From: an uncultured Planctomycetaceae bacterium
Lineage (GTDB): Bacteria; Planctomycetota; Planctomycetia; Pirellulales; PALSA-1355
Assembly (NCBI GenBank): GCA_963785305.1
Contig: CAWAUV010000008.1
Location: 960,001-1,024,000, forward strand
Direction: 5' to 3'
Length of the DNA: 64,000 nt
Part shown: piece after piece, positions 53,730-64,000 of the stretch
Numbering within the stretch: the stretch's first letter is position 1
How the letters are laid out: each line of letters starts with the position of its first letter
Notes under the pieces: generated by a model
Told to the model about the DNA's origin: nothing
The model's input: the letters and a program-made list of their open reading frames with translations, nothing else
Databases searched by the model: none
Translations under genes and position numbers: made by a program

Positions 53730-56700
53730 ATGAATGGTGTGATACGTGCTTCGCTACGCAATCCCTACGCGGTGACGGTCTTCGCGTTTACGATCCTTTT
53801 GCTGGGCGCGAACGCGCTTGATAAGATTCCGGTCGATATTCTGCCGGTGTTCAACAGTCCCGCCGTGCAAGTGCTCACGTTCTATTCGGGCATGCCGGCG
53901 GAAAGCATCGAGAAGGACATTACTTCTCGCATGGAACGCTGGACCGGCCAGGCGGCCGGCACCGCTCGGCAAGAGTCGCGCTCCATCGTGGGCGCGAGCA
54001 TCATTCGCAATTATTACCGTAGCGGCACCGATCCCAACGGCGCCCTTACCCAGGTGAACTCGCTCGCCTCGGCGGCGATTCCCAACTTACCTCCGGGCAC
54101 GCTGCCGCCGGTGATCCTGCCCTTCGACCCCACGAGTTCGACGCCCGTCTGTCTGATGGCGCTCGATAGCAAGTCGCAAAGCGAGTCGATTCTCTACGAT
54201 ACCGGCCGCTATGAAGTCCGCAACTTCATCATGGCGCTCAAGGGGGCCATCGCGCCGGTGGTTTATGGAGGCAAGGTGCGGGCCGTGATCGCGTATCTGG
54301 ATCGCGACCGGCTCCAAGCGCGGAATCTCTCGCCGATCGATGTGATGAACGCGCTGGACAAGTACAACCTGTTCCTGCCGACCGGCGACGCCAAGTTCGG
54401 CAATATCGACTACGCGATCGACTCGAACTCGATGTACGACCTCGTGGCGCGCATGGGCGATATTCCGATCAAGACCGAGCACAACAACGCGATTTATCTG
54501 CGCGACGTGGCCACGCCGCGGGACGCCTCGTTCATTCAAACCAACGTGGTGCGCGTCAATGGCCGCCGACAGGTTTATATCCCTATTTTCCGTCAGGCCG
54601 GCGTGAGCACGCTCACGGTGGTCAATGCCGTGAAAGCCGCCACTCCCGGAATGGAAGCCCGCTTGACGCGACCCGACATTCACTTGCACGTGGTGATGGA
54701 CCAATCGGTGTATGTGCGGGCGTCGATCGGCGCGTTGGCGCAAGAAGGCTGTTTGGGCGCGATCTTGTGCTCGCTCGTGATTCTGCTCTTCTTGGGCGAA
54801 TGGCGGATGACGCTCATCGCCATTTGCACGATTCCACTTTCAGTGCTCGGGGCCATCATCTGTTTGAATGCGATCGGCATGACGATCAACGTGATGACGC
54901 TCGCCGGTCTATCGCTGGCGATCGGACCGCTGGTCGATAGCGCGATTATCTGTTTGGAAAACACGCACCGGCACTTGGGATTCGGCGTCGAGCCGAAGGA
55001 AGCGGCCTTTCTCGGGGCGAGCGAAGTCGCGATGCCCGAACTCGTGTCGACGCTCTGCACCTTCTTGGTGCTCGCGCCGCTAGCGATGATGCCCGGCTTG
55101 GGCGAGTTCTTGTTCCGGCCGATGGCCTGCGGCGTGGCGTTCGCCATGATCGTGGCCTACTTCCTGTCGCGCTCGTTCGTGCCCGCCTATAGCGCCCTGC
55201 TGCTCAAGGGTCACGGCGAACAAGGGCACGGACACGACGGCCATTCGGCCAAGCGGCCCAATATCGTCGCCCGCGGTTTCAAACGCTGGTCGGACGGCAT
55301 CGATTGGGTGATCGGGCTTTACGTATTCAGCCTGAACGTGATCTTGCGCAATCGCGTGAAGACAATCCTCTTCGGCTTCGGCTTGCTGACGGTGGTGCTC
55401 TTTATCTTCTCGCCGATCTTGCGGCGCGAGTTCTTCCCCGAGTCCGACGCCGGCGCGTTCGAAATTTATGTCCGCGGCGCCTCCGGCACGCGAATCGAAG
55501 TCACCGAGGAAAAAATCGCCAGGGTCGAGAACTTTATCCGCAAGAAGGTCGGCCACGACTTGCAACTCTTCATCAGCGAGATCGGGCTCACTTCCGACTG
55601 GTCGGCCGCCTACACGCCGAACGCCGGCCCGATGGATACCGTCGTCAAGGTGCAGTTGGAAGAAGAACGGGAAAAATCGGCGCAAGAATATGTCACGATC
55701 CTTCGCCAAGGTTTTGCCGAGGACAATGAATTTTCCGACCTGGAATTCTCCTTCGACTCCGGCGGCATGATCCGCAGCGCCATGAACGAGGGCAAGTCGA
55801 CGCCGATCAATATTCGCATTCTGAGCAAGAAACTCGAACAAGCCCATGAGATCGCCGATCAGATTCGGGCCAAAGTCACGAAGATCAAGGGCGTGGTCGA
55901 CTGCCGCATCATGCAGCGGCTCGACTATCCCGAATATATTATCGACGTCGATCGAGCCAAGTCGGCCGACCTGGGGCTCGACCAATCCGATGTGATGCGC
56001 AACGTGGTCGCGGCGTTCAATTCGAGCATCCAATTCAACAAGCACAATTTCTGGATCGATCCGGTCACGCACAACCAATACTTCGTGGGCGTGCAATATC
56101 CGGAGCAGGATATTCGCTCGATCGACACGTTGCTCGATATTCCCATCACGAGCCCGGTGCAAAATCGCCCGATCCCGCTAAAGAATATCGTGTCGCTCCG
56201 CCGCGCCACGGTGCCGGCGGAAGTGAATCACACTAATCTCCAGCCCACGATGGACTTGGCGATGAGCGTCGCGGGTCGCGATCTGGGCCACGTGGCCGAT
56301 GAGATCACGGATGTCGTCAACCAGTTCGGTCAGCTTGTCGAGGACAACAAATGGAAGCCCTACGATCCCCACGATCATACCAAGGTGCTCCAGGGCGCCA
56401 CGATCACGATCAGCGGCGAATACACCCGCATGCAGGACACGTTTTCGAGCCTTTCGTGGGGCCTGTTGGGGGCGAGCTTGCTGATCTACTTTCTCATGGT
56501 CGCGCTCGATAAGTCGTGGATCGTGCCGCTCACGGTGATGCTCACCGTGCCCTTGTGCTTGGCGGGCGTGCTTCCGCTCTTGTACTTCACCGGCACCGCG
56601 CTCAATGTGCAGTCGCTCTTGGGAATTATCTTCATCGTGGGCATCAAGGTGGCCAACACCGTGCTCATGACCGACTTTGCCCAAGAACTGCGTCACTTGG

Positions 56701-57137
56701 AAGGGCTCACGCCGACCGAGGCGATTCGCAAGGCGGCCGGCATTCGCGTGCGGCCGATCACGATGACCGCCCTGGCGGCGTTCTTCGCCATGATTCCCGG
56801 CGCCCTGGCGCTGGAGCGCGGCAGCGAGGCCAATGCCCCCTTGTGCCGCGCCATTTTGGGCGGCTTGCTCGCCGGCGAGCCGGCCACGCTCTTCGTGCTG
56901 CCCTGCTTGTATTCGCTGATGGTCCGCGACAAAAAGGGCGGCCACGGCGGACCAGCCCATGCCATGGCCGGCGTCGCCAATGGCGGCCCGGGCGGACATG
57001 GCGGACACGAAGACGAAACCGGCGGCGACGACGCCCCGGTGAGCGGCCACATGCTCCACGAAGGCTCCATGCCCAACGCCCAGGGTCCCGGGGGCCACGG
57101 TCCCGGGGGGCACGGCCAGGGGGGCCACGGTCATTAG
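53730..57137 (+). CDS. RND efflux permease with a His/Gly-rich loop and C-terminal tail
   Basis: IPVDILP, IN.MTL.GL.LAIG.LVD.AI..LEN, RVRPITMT; tail ...GHGPGGHGQGGHGH. Confidence 0.92.
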   Translation: MNGVIRASLRNPYAVTVFAFTILLLGANALDKIPVDILPVFNSPAVQVLTFYSGMPAESIEKDITSRMERWTGQAAGTARQESRSIVGASIIRNYYRSGTDPNGALTQVNSLASAAIPNLPPGTLPPVILPFDPTSSTPVCLMALDSKSQSESILYDTGRYEVRNFIMALKGAIAPVVYGGKVRAVIAYLDRDRLQARNLSPIDVMNALDKYNLFLPTGDAKFGNIDYAIDSNSMYDLVARMGDIPIKTEHNNAIYLRDVATPRDASFIQTNVVRVNGRRQVYIPIFRQAGVSTLTVVNAVKAATPGMEARLTRPDIHLHVVMDQSVYVRASIGALAQEGCLGAILCSLVILLFLGEWRMTLIAICTIPLSVLGAIICLNAIGMTINVMTLAGLSLAIGPLVDSAIICLENTHRHLGFGVEPKEAAFLGASEVAMPELVSTLCTFLVLAPLAMMPGLGEFLFRPMACGVAFAMIVAYFLSRSFVPAYSALLLKGHGEQGHGHDGHSAKRPNIVARGFKRWSDGIDWVIGLYVFSLNVILRNRVKTILFGFGLLTVVLFIFSPILRREFFPESDAGAFEIYVRGASGTRIEVTEEKIARVENFIRKKVGHDLQLFISEIGLTSDWSAAYTPNAGPMDTVVKVQLEEEREKSAQEYVTILRQGFAEDNEFSDLEFSFDSGGMIRSAMNEGKSTPINIRILSKKLEQAHEIADQIRAKVTKIKGVVDCRIMQRLDYPEYIIDVDRAKSADLGLDQSDVMRNVVAAFNSSIQFNKHNFWIDPVTHNQYFVGVQYPEQDIRSIDTLLDIPITSPVQNRPIPLKNIVSLRRATVPAEVNHTNLQPTMDLAMSVAGRDLGHVADEITDVVNQFGQLVEDNKWKPYDPHDHTKVLQGATITISGEYTRMQDTFSSLSWGLLGASLLIYFLMVALDKSWIVPLTVMLTVPLCLAGVLPLLYFTGTALNVQSLLGIIFIVGIKVANTVLMTDFAQELRHLEGLTPTEAIRKAAGIRVRPITMTALAAFFAMIPGALALERGSEANAPLCRAILGGLLAGEPATLFVLPCLYSLMVRDKKGGHGGPAHAMAGVANGGPGGHGGHEDETGGDDAPVSGHMLHEGSMPNAQGPGGHGPGGHGQGGHGH

Positions 57138-57218
57138 CGCGATTCGCAACCGTCTTGCGGCGACTTGGCCGCCGGTCGCCCCCCCATGCGACGATCATTT
57201 CCGCCCAGGAAAAGCACC

Positions 57219-58245
57219 ATGAGCTATGATCCCGATTTCAAGATCGATCCGCGCTACCGGCCGGGCGACGAACCGCCGCCGCCGTTGCGTATCGCCATTT
57301 CCGGCGCCAGCGGGCGCATTGGCTACGGGCTCGCCTTTCAATTGGCCTCCGGCGCCTTGTTCGGCTTCCGGCAATCGATTTCGCTCAGCCTGCTCGAAGC
57401 CCCGAGCGGCATGCGGCGATTGCAGGCGATGCAACTCGAACTGGGCGACTGCGCCTTTCCACTGCTCGATGATGTGCGCGTTAGCGACGATCCCAACGAA
57501 GCCTTTGCCGACGCCGATTGGATCGTGATGATGGCCGGCCAGCCCCAGAAGCCCGGCGCCACGCGACTCGATCTGGTGCGGGCCAATGGTCCGATTTATG
57601 CCGAGCATGGTCAGGCGATCAATTGCGTGGCGCCCGCGGCTCGAGTGCTCACGGTCGCCGAGCCATGCAACACGAACTGCCGCATCGCCATGAAAAACGC
57701 GCCCAATGTGCAAGTCGAGAATTGGTTTGCCCTCAATCAACTCGACCGCATGCGGGCGACGTCGCTCATTGCTCAAAAGGCAGGCGTGCCGGTCGCGCGG
57801 GTCAATCGCGTGACGGTGTGGGGCAACCACAGCGAGCGAATTTATCCCGACTTCCACAATGCGTTCGTCGGCGAGCGACCGGCCCATCAGGTGATTACCG
57901 AGCCCGATTCGGCGCGCCAAGGTGCTGGAGCCGATGATCGCCCGCCGCGAGCGCGAGCTTTCGACGCTCTATGGCGGCGCCGCCTCGGCCACGGCGATCT
58001 ATGCGATTCTGGGCACGATTCGCGCGATCATCACCCCCACGCCGCCGCGCCGCCGCTTCGGCGCCGCGGTGCGATCCGGAGGTCAATACGGAGTGCCGCT
58101 GGGACTCGTCTTCGGCTTTCCGCTCCGCACCGACGGAGAGAACTGGTCGGTGGTCGATGGGCTCTATATCGACGACTACGCCGAACAGCGACTCAACGAG
58201 AACATCGAAGAACTCGAGCGCGAAGCCGTCGTCGCCAACGTCTGA
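57219..58245 (+). CDS. mdh: Malate dehydrogenase-family (type 2) oxidoreductase (frameshift near 57915)
   Basis: ISGASGRIGY.L.F.LASG.LFG, EL.DCAFPLL, PCNTN, LD.MRA, WGNHS, YGVP.GL.FGFP. Confidence 0.85.
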
Positions 58246-58306
58246 CGCGAATCGCCGCTTACCCGCTGAAAACCAAGCGTTGCAAACCGCGGCCCCCGTT
58301 CACCAT

Positions 58307-59107
58307 TCAAGCATCGCCCGTCGATCGGAAGGCGGCGCGATCTTCCGCCCGAATGTCGCAAAGCGCCGGCAGATAACGGCGATATTCCTCGAGCGCCTCG
58401 AGCTCGATCTCGGCTTCGATCACGCGCTCTCCCTCGCCGGCGTCGGCTAGCACTCGGCCCCAAGGGTCGACGATGAGGCTCTGGCCCGTGTAACGATGGT
58501 CCGGATCGGCGCCCGCCCGGTTCACGCCCACGACATAGGCTTGATTTTCAATCGCCCGGGCCACGAGCAGCGCTCGCCAATGGGTCACCCGAGGCTTGGG
58601 CCAGTTGGCGATCACCGCCAGCAGATCGGCGCCTGCGAGCGTGGCGCGGCGATAGGTTTCCGGAAAGCGGAGATCGTAACAAATCGTCGGCGCGAGGGAG
58701 AATGGCCCAACCGGCGCCACGACAATCCGTTCGCCCGCCGCGTAGCACGCCGTCTCGCCGCCGAACGAAAACGGATGCCGCTTCACATAGCGGACCTGTT
58801 CGCGCCCGTCGGGCCCAAAGAGCAGGGCTTCGTTTTGCCCGCGACGCTGGGCGTTTTGGGTCACGAGGCCGGCCAGCACATGCGATTTCCACTCTTTAGC
58901 GGCGGCGGATAGAAAAGCATGCGTCGGCCCCTCGGCGGCCTCGGCGATCTCGGCCACGCGCATGCTAAAGCCGGTGGCAAACATCTCGGGCGCCACGATG
59001 AGCGAACCCGCGGCGGGCCGCGCGGCGTCGACCAGTTCGCGGAGTCGTTCGTAATTGCGGGGCTTGTCGTGCCAAGCGATATCAAGTTGGCAGGCTAGAA
59101 CTCGCAT
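58307..59107 (-). CDS. Carbon-nitrogen hydrolase (nitrilase family, omega-amidase-like)
   Basis: PEMF.TGF, Y.K.H.F, ICYDLRFPE, ARAIENQ. Confidence 0.9.
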   Translation of the reverse strand: MRVLACQLDIAWHDKPRNYERLRELVDAARPAAGSLIVAPEMFATGFSMRVAEIAEAAEGPTHAFLSAAAKEWKSHVLAGLVTQNAQRRGQNEALLFGPDGREQVRYVKRHPFSFGGETACYAAGERIVVAPVGPFSLAPTICYDLRFPETYRRATLAGADLLAVIANWPKPRVTHWRALLVARAIENQAYVVGVNRAGADPDHRYTGQSLIVDPWGRVLADAGEGERVIEAEIELEALEEYRRYLPALCDIRAEDRAAFRSTGDA

Positions 59108-59125
59108 GCGCGGGATACTTTCTTT

Positions 59126-60291
59126 TCAAAGCGCTTCGTCGAGCAACTGCTCGAGTTCGTCATCAGTCACGATGCGCGGATTGCCATCGAGGCTGTTGCC
59201 ATGCGACCCGCGCACAATGTCGGGGATTTGCTCCCGCCGCACGCCGAGTTCGCCGAGCCGCGCCGGCAATCCGACATCGCGGCAAAGCGCTTCGATCCGA
59301 TGCACCAATGCGTCGGCGGCCTGTTCGCCCGAGCCCAAACCGAGCGCCGCGGCGAGCTCGGCATAGTCGGCCCCGGCAACCGCGCGGTTTGCCCGCATCG
59401 CGATCGGCAGCATAAAACCGCAGGCTAGGCCGTGAGCCACGCCGCAGTGCCGCCGAGCGCCGCGGCCACGCCATGCGCGAGTCCCAGCCCGCTGTTGGCC
59501 AGCGCCAGGCCCGAGAGCAGCGCCGCCTGCGCCATGGCTTCGCGTGGCTGCCGGTCATGCGGCCGACGAATCGCCTCGGGCAGCGCCGGCACGGCGAGCC
59601 GCAGGCCATCGATCGCCAGCGCACGGGGAATGGGCCGCGCCCGACGCGAAATGAAACTCTCGATAAGTTGTGTCACGGCGTCGAGTCCGCCGTGGGCGGT
59701 CGTGGCCGGCGGCAAGCTGATCGTCAGCTCCGGATCGACGAGCACGGCGCGCGGAATCATCAACTCCGAGCGAAGACTCTTTTTGAACGGTGGATCGTAC
59801 GACGAGAGCACCGCGTTTTTCGTCGCCTCGCTGCCGGTTCCGGCCGTCGTGGGCACGGCCACCACCGGCAGCGGTGTTCGCGAGATCGTGCGTCCGGCGC
59901 CGACGCCCTCGAGAAAATCGATCACCGGGGCCGGTCCATTGGTGGCCATCGCCGCGGCGGCCTTGGCCAGATCGATCGCCGAGCCACCGCCGATCGCGAG
60001 AATCACGAGCGGCTCGTCGCCCGCGCCAAGGCGCACCGCGACGGCGTCGACATCGCGCGGCTCGGGCTCCCGCGAAATGGTGGTGATCGAACTGGCGGCC
60101 ACGCCGGCGTCGGCGAGCGTTTGAAAAATTTCGGCCGCGATCTCCGACTCGGCCAAGGTGCGCGAACCCCACACGATCGCCGCGCACGGCCAAACTGCCG
60201 CACAAGCCCGCCCAGTTCGGCGCCGCGCCCAGCCGAACACGATCTTCGGCGGGGCGAGGAAATCGTAGTGGATCGCGCGGGAAGCGTGCAT
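59126..60291 (-). CDS. Iron-containing alcohol dehydrogenase (frameshifts)
   Basis: AIGGGSAIDLAKA, VPTTAGTGSEAT, DPELT, GLAHG, HGLAC. Confidence 0.9.
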
Positions 60292-60397
60292 CGCTCGCGA
60301 GCTCTGAAATCAAGAACGTGACCGGCGGCGGCGCTCCGAGTGTCGAGCACGATGAAATCGCGCCAAGCCCTCCTTGAAACTTAACAGATTTCGTCGC

Positions 60398-61410
60398 TCA
60401 ACGCATCGCATCGATCGCGGCGGCGGCGATGCGCACGGCCGCGTCGAGCGAGGCCGAGGCATCGCCCGGCTCGGCCACCGCGTCGACATGCAAGAAAGGC
60501 CCATGGCCGGGGGTTTCGAGCACGGCGCGGATCAGCGCCCGCCGAGCGTCGGCCGCCCGATCGGTTTCCGGCGCGGGCCCCTCGATCGGCCGCAATTCGT
60601 GTTCGGCCGCGAGCACGAGCAGCAGCTTCGCGCGAGGGACGCGCGAGGATTCCTGTTCCCAGGCCGCGACAAGCGATTCACGATCGTCGGCCGCGGCGCC
60701 GGCCAAGTGCGCCGGAAACGCATTCCACCAAAAATCACTCAGCCACGCACGGTTCGCGGACTCGCAGTCCGGGTCGCGCGCAATACCCGCCAGCATGCGC
60801 CGCCAGCGATCGAGCCGGCGTCGATTCTCCGCGGGCTCCTCGTCGGAGAGCAGTTCCGCGCCGGTCGCCGTGGCCAGCCGCCGCGCGAGGGTTCGACACC
60901 TTGAGCCATCGGCGGCGAGAATCGCGATATAAGGCGGCGCGTGATTCAAGTGGTCGAGCAGTTCTTGGATCGTGAGGCCGATTCGCGGATGGAGCATGTC
61001 GGCGGCCACTTCCGCGGCCGGTTCGAGCACAAACCGCCGAAACGCGAGGCCGGCGTGCGGCAGCTCGAGTTGCGAATCGCGAGCGACAATCCGATCGTGG
61101 AGCAAGAGATCGAGATCGATCGCGCGGGCCGCCCAGCGCTCGGAGGCGCTGCCGGCCGAGCGCGTGTTCGATCGCTTGAAGCTCTCGCAGCAAGTCGGCT
61201 GGCTCGAGCGCGGTTTCGAGCAGGGCGGCGCCATTGAGAAAATCGTCTTGGCCCGCTGGCCCGCCCACGGCGCGCGTTCGTCCGCCAGCGGCTCACGGCG
61301 AGCAGCCGACCGCCCGGCAGTTCGGCCAAGCGGCTGGTGGCGGCGGCCAGCGCGAGTTCACGATCGCCAAGGTTGGCGCCCAGGGCTACGAGGGCACGCG
61401 GCATAGGCAT
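60398..61410 (-). CDS. folK: HPPK (FolK) with a C-terminal extension (frameshifts)
   Basis: ALGANLGDR, DFLNGA, IE..LGR, IDLDLL, LPH...RRFVLEP..E. Confidence 0.85.
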
Positions 61411-62020
61411 TTCATCGGAGGCGGACGGTCCGCGGAGATGACGCTACGACCGACGCCGGGGCCGGATTCGCGCTGGCGGATCTCCCACGCGACATTCCTT
61501 TCGCGGTCGCTCCGCGGCTTACTACTTCAGCGGAGCCCACGCGCACATGGCGGAGGCGCCCCTTCAAAATCCCAGGGGGGGCATCCGTGCCACGACCAAG
61601 GTCATCGACTATCGATCCCTGCGGGCGCCGCCCCCCAGCATATTCGCTTTGGCGACGCATGTCAGCGAAAAAGGCCCGTCGCAAGGCCGACTCGCCGAAT
61701 TGATTCAGATCGTCCGAAAGCTGCTGCTATCGAAAGCCCGACCGGCCCATGGACTCGCGGAGCCGACCACGAGGCATTCGCGTGAAGCGATGTTCTTGAA
61801 ACTGCGCACATTTTGCGGACAACGCTCAACTTGTCAAGCAGCAATTCCAAGCGATCTGAAATTACCCGCGAGCGAGCGCGGCGGCCCGCGAAAAAACAGG
61901 CGAGACCGCGGGCGGAATTTGGTATCGTGGCGATTAATTCGCCGCCACCGCGCCGCGGCTCACGGCAGTTCCGTGTTTTCGCTCGGTCCGCGCAGTTGCA
62001 TTTTCCAGGCGTCTTGACCC

Positions 62021-62710
62021 ATGCTCTCCCAGCCCGCGCTCGAGGCGCTTGAAGTCGATCAGCTCACGAAAGAATATCCCACGCGCGCCGAGCCGGTGAT
62101 GGTGCTCCGCGGCGTGTCGCTGCGTTTAGCGCGAGGCGATGCGCTGGCGATCGTCGGACCCAGCGGCTGCGGTAAAAGCACGCTCCTGCATATTCTCGGC
62201 ACGCTCGAACGCCCCACCTCGGGCTCGGTCGCGCTCGACGGCATCGATCCGTTCGAGCTCTCCGAGCCGAAGCTGGCGCACTTTCGCAATCGCCTGATCG
62301 GCTTCGTGTTTCAAGATCATCACCTATTGCCGCAATGCACGACGCTCGAAAATGTGCTGCTGCCCACGATCGCCCACGGCCGCGCCGCGCCCGAGAGCGT
62401 CGAACGGGCCCGCTCGCTGCTGCGGCGCGTGGGCCTCGAGCGGCGGCTCGAACATCGGCCCGCGGAGCTTTCGGGCGGCGAACGCCAACGGGCGGCCGTG
62501 GCGCGAGCGCTGATCGCCAAGCCGACGCTGCTCTTGGCCGATGAGCCGACCGGCAATCTCGATCGCTCGGCGTCGCTCGGCATCGCGGAATTGCTGATGG
62601 AAATGCGCGACGAACACCAGGCCACGCTCATTGTCGTCACCCACAGCGCCGAGATCGCCCAGCGCATCGGTCGCTCGCAAATGCTCGACGACGGCCGGCT
62701 CCACGAGTAA
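62021..62710 (+). CDS. ABC transporter ATP-binding protein (LolD/MacB-like)
   Basis: GPSGCGKST, FVFQDHHLLP, LSGGERQR, LADEPTGNLD. Confidence 0.9.
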   Translation: MLSQPALEALEVDQLTKEYPTRAEPVMVLRGVSLRLARGDALAIVGPSGCGKSTLLHILGTLERPTSGSVALDGIDPFELSEPKLAHFRNRLIGFVFQDHHLLPQCTTLENVLLPTIAHGRAAPESVERARSLLRRVGLERRLEHRPAELSGGERQRAAVARALIAKPTLLLADEPTGNLDRSASLGIAELLMEMRDEHQATLIVVTHSAEIAQRIGRSQMLDDGRLHE

Positions 62711-62725
62711 CGAGCAGCAGTTCCC

Positions 62726-63526
62726 ATGCCGCGATTTCCGCTCGATGTGCTGCCGGTCGTCGATCTCCAGGGCGGAGTCGTGGTGCGCGGCGTCGGCGGG
62801 CGTCGCGATGAATATCGCCCCATCGTCAGCCGACTAGCGAGCGACGCGAGTCCAGCCTCGATTGCCCGCGGCTTCGCGCGGGCGGGGTTCGACCAGCTTT
62901 ATGTGGCCGATCTCGATGCGATCTCGGGAGCCGAGCCCGACAGCGAGAGTTATCGCGCGCTCGCCGCCGCGGGGCTCTCGCTCTGGATCGACGCCGGCGC
63001 CGGCGAAATGCGTCGCGCGGCCCAGATGGCGGAGCTGGTCAATGATTTTGCATTGCCGACGAACATCGTGCTGGGTCTCGAGTCGCTCGGCTCGCTCGAC
63101 GCGCTCGATGCGATTTACACGCATCTCGATCCGCGGCTGCTTGTATTTAGCCTCGATCTTCGCGAGGGCCAGCCGCTTTGCGGTTGGCTCTCGGCGGGCG
63201 AACGACATTCGGCAGGCGCCGAGCTGGCGCTCGCAATCGTCGAACACGCGATTCGCGCCGGCGCCGGGCGGATCATCGTGTTGGACTTGGCTCGCGTCGG
63301 CGGCGCGGACGGGGCGGGCCAACTCGAGTTGCTGCGCGCGATTCACTCTCGCTGGCCAAGGGCGCGTCTGATCTCGGGCGGCGGAGTGCGCTCGCGAGAG
63401 GATTTGGAATCGCTGCGCGCCGCCGGCTGCGGGGCGGCGCTGGTGGCGTCGGCCTTGCACGATGGCTCGCTGCTCGAAGCGCGGGAACCGCTCGCGTCGG
63501 AGGCCTCGAGCAGCGGGCGATCATAG
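62726..63526 (+). CDS. HisA/HisF-related TIM-barrel protein
   Basis: PVVDL.GG.VV.G..G.R..Y.P, LYVADLDAI, LDLARVG, GGGVR, LVASALHDG. Confidence 0.8.
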   Translation: MPRFPLDVLPVVDLQGGVVVRGVGGRRDEYRPIVSRLASDASPASIARGFARAGFDQLYVADLDAISGAEPDSESYRALAAAGLSLWIDAGAGEMRRAAQMAELVNDFALPTNIVLGLESLGSLDALDAIYTHLDPRLLVFSLDLREGQPLCGWLSAGERHSAGAELALAIVEHAIRAGAGRIIVLDLARVGGADGAGQLELLRAIHSRWPRARLISGGGVRSREDLESLRAAGCGAALVASALHDGSLLEAREPLASEASSSGRS

Positions 63527-64000
63527 CCACTTGGGAGCGCGCTTCTCGCGAAAAGCGGCCAAGCCTTCCTTGGCGGCTTCGGTCGTGCGGGCGGCGGCGC
63601 TGGCGGCGGCGCCGGCCGAAAGCTGCGTGCCCAGCGATTCTCCGATCGTTTCATTGAGCAGTTGTTTGGTGAGCTGGAGCGACTGAGGCGCGCCGGCCGC
63701 GCACTCCTGGGCCAACTCCGCCGCGCGTGCCCAAACCAAGTCGGCCGCGACCAACTCGTGAAAAAGTCCCTGGGCCTGGGCTTGGGCCGCGGAAATGATT
63801 TGCGAACCGAGAAGCAAATAGGCCGCCCGCCCGGCGCCAATGCGAAACGTCAAAAGCGGCGCCACCATGCCGGCCACGATGCCGCGCCGCGGCTCGGGCA
63901 AGCCAAACGTCGCCTCGTTGCTGGCGACCACCAAGTCGCAGGCCAGGGCGAGCCCCGCCCCGCCGGCGATCGCCGGACCATTGATCGCGGCGATCAGCGG
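63521..64000 (-). CDS. Enoyl-CoA hydratase/isomerase family protein (5' end outside the window)
   Basis: IAAINGPAIAGG.GLALACD, FGLPE, EAAKEGLAAFREKRAP.W. Confidence 0.9.
   Translation of the reverse strand, partial: PLIAAINGPAIAGGAGLALACDLVVASNEATFGLPEPRRGIVAGMVAPLLTFRIGAGRAAYLLLGSQIISAAQAQAQGLFHELVAADLVWARAAELAQECAAGAPQSLQLTKQLLNETIGESLGTQLSAGAAASAAARTTEAAKEGLAAFREKRAPKWL

Noticed and set aside
61547..62017. ORF between folK and the ABC ATPase
   Set aside because: No motif or convincing composition; may be intergenic
1..64000. HIP1-like GCGATCGC over-representation
   Set aside because: Occurs repeatedly but is plausibly explained by Ala-Ile-Ala codon usage; needs a codon-aware count

Overview
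High-GC bacterial DNA; the gene content (sulfatase, short SecA paralogue, multiple long-N-terminus TolC paralogues, HisA/F-related protein) suggests a Planctomycetota genome (inference). Many genes carry single-base frameshifts that look like long-read consensus errors. The left end (1-2536) appears to be the right part of an IS1-family transposon with passengers: a non-canonical tRNA (9-bp acceptor/3-bp T stem, long variable arm, UAU anticodon; allo-tRNA-like), an RHH regulator, a DDE transposase, two hypothetical genes and an IS1-like terminal repeat. The rest is rich in envelope and export functions: two triplets of tandem TolC paralogues, two RND efflux systems, a sigma-54 two-component system, a Liv-type ABC transporter whose LivG has a membrane-domain insertion, DedA, an MMPL transporter, an RNase/barstar pair, a short SecA, SOD, an IS1202-like element, speA, a sulfatase, an MDH with an LDH-like specificity loop, and several housekeeping enzymes. 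All calls come from reading the sequence; no searches were run.
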